Positions 47,409 to 53,566 of a stretch of 53,566 bases of DNA are shown here, piece after piece. Position 1 is the stretch's first letter; every line of letters begins with the position of its first letter. The translations under genes and the position numbers were made by a program. This DNA comes from Oligoflexales bacterium (GTDB taxonomy: Bacteria; Bdellovibrionota_B; Oligoflexia; Oligoflexales; Bog-1112): contig JBGCEP010000051.1 of the NCBI GenBank assembly GCA_045106415.1, positions 1 to 53,566 of the forward strand. The letters run 5' to 3'. Below the pieces are notes generated by a model that saw nothing but the letters and a program-made list of their open reading frames with translations, had not been told where the DNA came from and made no database searches.

Positions 47409-48680
47409 TCATTTCAGAAAAATAGCAGAATTTATTTTTTCTGAATGTGAAGAAAACCCATAAGGCCCGACTTGTCTTAGGTTTGATTTGATATGATAGC
47501 TAAAAGATTTAAGGTGTGACCAAGACTCAAGATAGCGATTTGAAGGATAATAAAACTGCAGGACTCCTAAATTAACTTCCTTTAACTTTCCAAAACCATA
47601 CTTTTCAGTTTGAAACCATGTCGCCTCTTTTTGTGCCTCCTTATTTGAAATTTTCCCAAATAAAATTTCATGAAACAAGGGTGATGGTTTTGAGAGTCCA
47701 AATTGTGGTGTTTTCTCTTGTGGGTAATGACTAGACGTACGGATGTGTGTTTCAATGATGTGGTTTTTTTGAAGATCTAGATAGAGTTGAGCATTGTCAT
47801 CAAGGATGAAGTGAGCTCCTCGTAAAAGTTCTGCGAAATCGAGATGTTGGATTTTTGAAAATAAATTGAGTAGGTGTAAGTCGTTGTACGTCGCAGACCT
47901 AGCCTTCCTAAGGAATATTTTTTGCGATTTATATGTAAGCTTAGGCATGCTAGATGTAATCATTTTTTCTATTTTTTGAATGTGGCTTTCGTGTATGTGA
48001 TAGGGGGAATGATCCTTTAAATTTAATAATTTTGCAGACGTTCTTTGTAAATGAGATTCTTCTTTCCAGTATTGATAAGAATTGATGAGGTGTGAAACAA
48101 TGGGATCTTTTTTATTTTGAGTTATGATTTTTGCAAAAAATAAATCTTTATATGAGATGTTATTTCTGTTTATGGAAATGAAATAAATTTTTTTTATATG
48201 ATTTTTAATTTTTTCGAGGAAGTTTTTATTCTCTATGTTAAAAAGCATTTTTTCTTCAAGAAGAATCTGTAATTGATGCAGTCCTAGTTTGCCGTTATAA
48301 AATGACTCAAAATTTTGCTGCAACAGAGTCATTAATTTTATGAATGTGTAGTGCGCTTCATCTGTCTTATGGTCAAGATGGATGGCTTCAGTCACCTGGT
48401 ACATATCTTTATAAATAGAGCGCAGATGCTTGTGGTGTTGGTAAGTAAAGAAACGTTCGTTTTGAAGTGCTGATGAGATTGTTTTTTTGAGAAAGATTAA
48501 TTTTTGGAGCTCGCTTTGAGAAAGGCCAGATGAAGATTTTTGAACAGGATAAGAATGTGCGTATGCATGAGCATGATGAAAAAGTGCCGAGAACCCTAAA
48601 ATAACAACAAGGCATGTATCATAAAACCAATATTTACGACTCGCATGTGGCATGGTGACCTCTTGATGTCTCTGAGACAA
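47409..48680 (-). CDS. Secreted or membrane-anchored hypothetical protein with a motif-rich C-terminal domain
   Basis: Hydrophobic N-terminal segment; C-terminal GAHFIL, RTSSHY, ILFGK, TWFQTE, VGPYGFSSHSEK. Probable start ATG at 48653. Confidence 0.75.
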   Translation of the reverse strand: MSQRHQEVTMPHASRKYWFYDTCLVVILGFSALFHHAHAYAHSYPVQKSSSGLSQSELQKLIFLKKTISSALQNERFFTYQHHKHLRSIYKDMYQVTEAIHLDHKTDEAHYTFIKLMTLLQQNFESFYNGKLGLHQLQILLEEKMLFNIENKNFLEKIKNHIKKIYFISINRNNISYKDLFFAKIITQNKKDPIVSHLINSYQYWKEESHLQRTSAKLLNLKDHSPYHIHESHIQKIEKMITSSMPKLTYKSQKIFLRKARSATYNDLHLLNLFSKIQHLDFAELLRGAHFILDDNAQLYLDLQKNHIIETHIRTSSHYPQEKTPQFGLSKPSPLFHEILFGKISNKEAQKEATWFQTEKYGFGKLKEVNLGVLQFYYPSNRYLESWSHLKSFSYHIKSNLRQVGPYGFSSHSEKINSAIFLK

Positions 48681-48757
48681 ACAGTGTCATTTTGAGATAT
48701 CTAGGTCAACTTTACCGAGGGTAAAAGTCAGATAAAATAGGAGGTAAAAAATGTAAA

Positions 48758-50188
48758 TTGATTTCTCCTATAAGAAAAGTTAGCCTTAACATGACTTATG
48801 ACTCCTCTAAAATAATGAGACCGTTCATGGACGCAGAACGCGCAAATATGTTAGAAAGCCTACGGCATGAACTTTTATACCTTGTGAAGTCTCGTTTGAC
48901 TCCTATGAGTCAGAGGTATCGGTATTCAGATATCCCTCTTGAGTCTGGGATACGCTGGAAGCCAATAGTCCTTGTTTTGGGGAATTATTCTTCTGGAAAA
49001 TCAACACTTATTAATGAATTTTTAGGGACGGAAACCCAAGGGACAGGGCAAGCACCTACGGATGACGGTTTTACTGTGATTACTTATGGTGAGAATAAAA
49101 GTCCTCTACCGCAGTCCCGTGATGGGCAAGTTCTTTTAAATGATCCTGAATATCCCTTCCAAGGCCTTCAGCGTCATGGAAAAAGATTTGCGTCTCACTT
49201 TCGCTTGAAGACAGTTGAAAGTCATGCAGTTAAAGACCTTGCGATTATAGATACACCAGGGATGCTTGACGCAGTAGCGGAAAGAGATCGTGGTTATAAC
49301 TACCAAGAAGTGATTGCAGATTTAGCACAACTGGCTGACCTTATCCTTGTGATGTTTGACCCACATAAAGCAGGCACTATCCGAGAGTCTCGTGAAAGTC
49401 TGCGGCATACATTGCCACAAGCGACTTATGAAGACAGAGTTGTTTTTGTGATGAACCGCATGGATGAATGTCGAAACTTAGAAGATTTATTGAGAGTCTA
49501 TGGCACTTTAACCTGGAATTTATCACAAATGACAGGTCGCAAAGATATTCCGCAAATTTTCTTAACTTATGCAAATTCTCATGTTTCTAAGCCAGTGCCT
49601 GAGCATTTAAAACTGCTTGAAAATCAAAGGCAGAAGTTAAGAACAATGATGGAAGAGACACCACGGCATCGTCTTGATCATCTGGCTAATTTTATTGAGG
49701 AGCATGGGTCACAGCTCCATATATTAGTAAGAGCACTTTTGAACTATGCTCAGAATAGGCGACGAAAAATTTGGACATCATCAATCTTAGGTTTGATTTC
49801 TAATTCTTTTATTGGTATGGGCTTATTTTTATGGGCACATTATGGTGATGATGCAACTTCCCAGGAAGCTTTATTATTAGGTTTTGGTTATTTGTGCTCT
49901 GCTGTGGCTATCTGGCTTCCTCTAGGGTCATATTTGATATCGACGTGGTCGAAGTCATATGCGAAGCGTCATATGGATGACTATATTCCACCAGGGAGCA
50001 TCCATGACCAAGGAACTCAAGACAAAATCGAGTCGATTTTTTTAAACGTCTTAGATGACTCTAGAGTCAAACTGAATGTTCCTAGGCTCTTAAAAGATTG
50101 TGCAAATATTGAAGATGCTTATAGAAAAGGTAGCCGTGAACTTAGAGAAGCTTTGAGTCATCTCACGTCCACTGTCACTAAAATCTAG
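48758..50188 (+). CDS. EHD/sarcalumenin-like dynamin-superfamily NTPase with two C-terminal TM helices
   Basis: KPIVLVLGNYSSGKSTLIN, GQAPTDDGF, IIDTPGMLD, RGYNY, FDPHK, NRMD, LRVYGTLTWNL. Confidence 0.88.
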   Translation: MISPIRKVSLNMTYDSSKIMRPFMDAERANMLESLRHELLYLVKSRLTPMSQRYRYSDIPLESGIRWKPIVLVLGNYSSGKSTLINEFLGTETQGTGQAPTDDGFTVITYGENKSPLPQSRDGQVLLNDPEYPFQGLQRHGKRFASHFRLKTVESHAVKDLAIIDTPGMLDAVAERDRGYNYQEVIADLAQLADLILVMFDPHKAGTIRESRESLRHTLPQATYEDRVVFVMNRMDECRNLEDLLRVYGTLTWNLSQMTGRKDIPQIFLTYANSHVSKPVPEHLKLLENQRQKLRTMMEETPRHRLDHLANFIEEHGSQLHILVRALLNYAQNRRRKIWTSSILGLISNSFIGMGLFLWAHYGDDATSQEALLLGFGYLCSAVAIWLPLGSYLISTWSKSYAKRHMDDYIPPGSIHDQGTQDKIESIFLNVLDDSRVKLNVPRLLKDCANIEDAYRKGSRELREALSHLTSTVTKI

Positions 50189-50298
50189 TTCTTATATTTT
50201 ATAAAAAATTTAAATTTTTATACTCTGTCCTAATAAATTTACAGGCAGCGCATAAGTATTTGATTTGAAAGATTTAAAATATATTTTTTAGAAGGTGC

Positions 50299-50326
50299 TA
50301 AAATTTTTCTCCCCTTGGGCCGACAA
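50299..50326 (+). promoter_or_regulatory. sigma28-type promoter of the cytochrome/cupredoxin lipoprotein pair
   Basis: TAAAA-N15-GCCGACAA about 50 nt upstream of ORF 50378. Confidence 0.45.
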
Positions 50327-50377
50327 GTTTAATCGAGCCGGTATGGCACTGGTTGAAATAAGATTGGGAGATTCATT

Positions 50378-51910
50378 GTGAACCGTATGTTTTTGATGCG
50401 AATATTTTACAAAGATTTAACCGTTTTAGGTTTTTGTGCTTTGACTATGGTGGGTTGTAGTGACTCAGAACGGAACAGAGCAGCTGAAATATCAGCATCT
50501 GGTGGTGCAGTTGGTTCAATTGCTCAAGATATTGCCGGGAGTTCAAGCGAATCGGTTTCTTCCTCAAGTGGGGTTTCTCAAAGCTCAGGAGATTCTTCGG
50601 TGAGTAAATCATCAAATAAAGGAGTTCAAGCTTCTTATGAAGAGCATGTTTTGCCACTTGTTGAAGAGAACTGTGGGGCTTGTCATGGCACAGCAAAGGT
50701 TGCTTCACCTTATTTTGGGTACAAGGATGCGAAAGTTGCAACAGCACAGGCTTTAGATAATAAAAAAATTAATCTTGTTGAGCCGGAAAAATCTCGTCTT
50801 GTTCTTAGACTAAAAGATGAGAGTCACTATTGTTGGACTGAGTGTGAAAATGATGCTGCCGAATTGAGTGATGCTATTTCTGCATTTATTAAAGAAGCAG
50901 GACTTGAGCAAACAGTTGAGTTTGATTCCATAACGAAAGGTTTAAAGCTCAGCTCGAGGCAGACAGTTCCTGCTGTTTTTCAACAAGCAGCGTCGACAGA
51001 TATTGACTTAGAAGCTGAGGATGCCACTGTGACTGGCATGATGGAAAAAGTTGAAGACAGTGAAGCCTCAGGCGGGTCTTATGTTCATGTTGCAAACAAT
51101 GCAAACTATGGTGGTGATATTAACCATATGGAAACAGCAACTTTCAACTTTGAAATTGAGGAAGCTGGCACATATTTTGTTTGGGGCCTTATTAGAGCTC
51201 CAGCAGCTGGTGCTGGAAATTCTTTTCAGCTTCAAGTTGATGACAATCCAATGGCGGAGTGGGCGATTGACCCGATGGCTGCAGCTTTTCAATGGGATTT
51301 GGCGAATAATGGCGGTGGAGACAACGACGCAACCCCTGTGACTTATGAGCTTGCAGCAGGTCCTCACACTTTAGTTGTCGGACAAAGAGAGCATATGGCT
51401 CAGCTTGATCGTGTTGTTTTAACAATGGATGATGGAGTTGATGAAGCTGGATTTGCTCCTCCAGAAGCTGTGGCAAGTGAAGTCGACCTTGTGAGCCAGG
51501 ATATTAGCTCCCTGATCAATGGAGTTGATGCTGACAGCAAAATTTTACTTCACATTGAAGTATCTGAAATTAGTGCGACAGGAGTGAAAATTGCTCGCCC
51601 GCATGTGACATCTGCCTCGAGTGCTGTCGCTGGAAAATGGTTGCATATAAAAAAGATTGATTTGTTGGTAAATGATGACAAAACACCACGCGCTCAATAT
51701 TCAACGTTTCATCCTGTTGATGTTTATGTCGAACTCGGTGAACAGACAACTCTACCATTATTGTCATCAGTTATGGTGGTTTCTAAAGAAAAAGACCAAG
51801 AACTTGATGATGTTCAATTGAAATTTATTTTTGAAAACCTAGAACTTGTCGATACACCACCTGCTGGATCTGTTCAAATACCTGCAGGGGCACCAGTGGC
51901 CGAAGAGTAA
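50378..51910 (+). CDS. Lipoprotein: mono-heme c-type cytochrome domain plus CBM6/35-like beta-sandwich
   Basis: Lipobox MVG-C; Ser-rich linker; CGACH; LEAEDA..ASGGSYV..AGTYFVWG..LAAGPHTL..QLDRVVL jelly-roll signature. Confidence 0.8.
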   Translation: MNRMFLMRIFYKDLTVLGFCALTMVGCSDSERNRAAEISASGGAVGSIAQDIAGSSSESVSSSSGVSQSSGDSSVSKSSNKGVQASYEEHVLPLVEENCGACHGTAKVASPYFGYKDAKVATAQALDNKKINLVEPEKSRLVLRLKDESHYCWTECENDAAELSDAISAFIKEAGLEQTVEFDSITKGLKLSSRQTVPAVFQQAASTDIDLEAEDATVTGMMEKVEDSEASGGSYVHVANNANYGGDINHMETATFNFEIEEAGTYFVWGLIRAPAAGAGNSFQLQVDDNPMAEWAIDPMAAAFQWDLANNGGGDNDATPVTYELAAGPHTLVVGQREHMAQLDRVVLTMDDGVDEAGFAPPEAVASEVDLVSQDISSLINGVDADSKILLHIEVSEISATGVKIARPHVTSASSAVAGKWLHIKKIDLLVNDDKTPRAQYSTFHPVDVYVELGEQTTLPLLSSVMVVSKEKDQELDDVQLKFIFENLELVDTPPAGSVQIPAGAPVAEE

Positions 51911-51937
51911 TGCAATGGTTTTTTTGAGTAGGCACTT

Positions 51938-52903
51938 ATGAGGAGTTTTTTAATGGTACGGAAGATACAAATTATGGCTTTAAGTAGTCTTATGAGCACC
52001 TGGATGGCCTGTAGTCCAGAAGGTGGAAAGCAACAACAAGGTGTGAGTGCTGGTATGAGTATAGCCTGGGCAGATGCTGACGAAGAAGAAGATAGTGCTT
52101 CAGAGAATAAAGATGTCGTGAAAAAAAGTTCTAGTAAAAAGAAAACTGTAACGAAGAAAAAATCGAAACAAAAAGATGATGTTGATAAAAAGATTGTTGA
52201 CGAAGAAGTTGATGATGAAATCGTTAATGAAGAACCATCAGGAACAGTTCCTCAGATTGCGGGTCTTGTTGCTATGACTGCGAATCTGGCTGATGCTGTT
52301 GAACAAAATGGAACTGTCATGGTGCCTGATGACTATGTGGGTGGAAATATTCAATTGAGTATTTTAAGAACAGATCTTGATGGTCTTGATTCCACCAATA
52401 CGATTTCAGTTACTGTCGAACCAGCAATGGTTGAAGCAACCCCAGGAGCTGTAGTTGACTTTAAGCTTAGTGTTGAAACAACATCTATGGCACCATCGTT
52501 TGCCGCAGGTGTGCAAGCTCATTTTCAAATTGTGATGACAGATGTTGATTCACAGAAAATTATTACCATGAAAGATGTTCCTTTAGAAGTGAAAGCTGAT
52601 CTTATCGTACAAATGATGGGTGGTGCTTCTCCTGAGACGTGGAGTTCAGAAGAAGACTTATCTGTAAGGCCTCATGAGGGAGGTCTACGTATCCGTTTTG
52701 TGAATATGGACGGAGACAGTACTCATGTTGTTCATGGGCAGGGTGCTATTAATCACGGTGACATCGGAAATCCTTTGGCTCAAGGTGATGAATACGAGCA
52801 AGTGATTATGCCTGGAGATGGGCAGGGAACAGCTGTTTACTATTGTCATAATCATGAAAGCGGTGCAAATCAAAGACGGATTAATGTGAATGTTGCTCCA
52901 TAG
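51938..52903 (+). CDS. Lipoprotein with C-terminal cupredoxin-like domain
   Basis: Lipobox WMA-C; charged low-complexity linker; IRFVNMD..HVVH..LAQGDEY..YYCHNH. Confidence 0.75.
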   Translation: MRSFLMVRKIQIMALSSLMSTWMACSPEGGKQQQGVSAGMSIAWADADEEEDSASENKDVVKKSSSKKKTVTKKKSKQKDDVDKKIVDEEVDDEIVNEEPSGTVPQIAGLVAMTANLADAVEQNGTVMVPDDYVGGNIQLSILRTDLDGLDSTNTISVTVEPAMVEATPGAVVDFKLSVETTSMAPSFAAGVQAHFQIVMTDVDSQKIITMKDVPLEVKADLIVQMMGGASPETWSSEEDLSVRPHEGGLRIRFVNMDGDSTHVVHGQGAINHGDIGNPLAQGDEYEQVIMPGDGQGTAVYYCHNHESGANQRRINVNVAP

Positions 52904-53117
52904 GGTATGGCATTAGATGATTTTATTTACGCGTTAAGAATTTTGCAAAGTTGATAAATCCGCTTTTTAAAGCAATATTTGATATCTATGAGTGTGTAAA
53001 TAAAGCTTTGCCTTGCTATAAAATAAAATTACTAGAGCTGATTTAAAAATGCCTTGAATCAAAAGGTTTGCGAGAAAGATGTTAAGCGTTTAGTGATGAA
53101 AAGCTCACCAAGTAATT

Positions 53118-53292
53118 AGTATAGCATTGGCCGTGTTTATTTACCCAACATCTTCATAGCCGCACAAACAGCATCATAAATAGAGTCACATCCATCTCTG
53201 AGAATTTTTCGTATTTTTGTTTTAACTTGATACCACTTGTGTTCGATAGGATTGAGATCTGGACTATATGGGGGGAGGTATAGAACTTCTGC
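53118..53292 (-). mobile_element. IS630-family transposase 3' end and right terminus, interrupted by IS66
   Basis: Minus frame 53292-53137 reads AEVLYLPPYSPDLNPIEHKWYQVKTKIRK...MLGK*. LPPYSPDLNPIE is the IS630/Tc1 DDE Glu motif. A TATAGC terminal-like sequence lies at 53120. Confidence 0.88.
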
Positions 53293-53566
53293 GTAAGCGC
53301 AGAGTCAGCGGCACCTTTAAAAGAAATTCAAATCATGAGATTTTTAAATGCGTCAGATATTCAGTGGTAATAGATCATCAATATTATCTTGAGAAGAACG
53401 CAATGGCAGAGTTTCTAGAACGTGAGAGAGCCATTGATATGGATCAAGACCGTTGCATTTTGCGGTTTCAAGACAGCTGTAAATTGTAGCGCTAGCGTGA
53501 GCACCACGCGGGCTTCCAGAAAAAAGCCAGCTCTTCCTTCCTACAACAAAAGGCCTTATAGCATTT
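53293..53566 (-). mobile_element. IS66-family element, right end (truncated by the window edge)
   Basis: Begins GTAAGCG (IS66 terminal inverted repeat signature) at 53293 and contains the TnpC C-terminus. Confidence 0.92.
53353..53565 (-). CDS. tnpC: IS66 transposase TnpC, C-terminal 70 aa (partial)
   Basis: NAIRPFVVGRKSWLFSGSPRGAHASATIYSCLETAKCNGLDPYQWLSHVLETLP..IDDLLP*; absent from the ORF track. Confidence 0.93.
   Translation of the reverse strand, partial: NAIRPFVVGRKSWLFSGSPRGAHASATIYSCLETAKCNGLDPYQWLSHVLETLPLRSSQDNIDDLLPLNI

Noticed and set aside
50245..50272. dif-like site (GCAGCGCATAA resembles a XerC arm)
   Set aside because: No TTATGTTAAAT-like XerD arm at 6-bp spacing.
53268..53489. 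73-aa ORF on the + strand
   Set aside because: Antisense shadow across the IS630/IS66 junction; the real coding frames are on the minus strand.

Overview
AT-rich (roughly 38% GC by eye), gene-dense bacterial chromosomal segment. The gene content suggests Bdellovibrionota/Oligoflexia or a related deltaproteobacterial-grade lineage; this is inference from mqnD, a stand-alone spd-type EF-G1, an AddAB-type repair pair, TCAAG-N14-CCGATA sigma28 promoters and many secreted orphans. Housekeeping and metabolic genes: tRNA-Arg(UCG), mqnD, receiver-CheX fusion, fusA, parE/parC, GT4, addA/addB, Bfd-like 2Fe-2S protein, kbl-tdh, cytochrome c', S8 protease, hexapeptide transferase, lepB, ferredoxin, nth, maf, KamA-family radical SAM enzyme with an overlapping chorismate-mutase-like ORF, PlsC-type acyltransferase, GT9 and an ALDH7-type dehydrogenase. 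These are interspersed with secreted or lipoprotein orphans: two LRR proteins, a tandem paralog pair, a large lipoprotein pair, and a heme-c/CBM-like plus cupredoxin lipoprotein pair. There is also a bacterial EHD/sarcalumenin-like dynamin-family NTPase. Signals not evident from the ORF track: an IS66 element inserted into an IS630 transposase gene at the right edge, a decayed internally deleted IS5-family relic near 33.9-34.2 kb, a boxA-led run of hairpins (candidate ncRNA or mobile-element end) at the left edge, several sigma28-type promoters and a perfect 46-bp palindrome. No CRISPR array or rRNA was seen.
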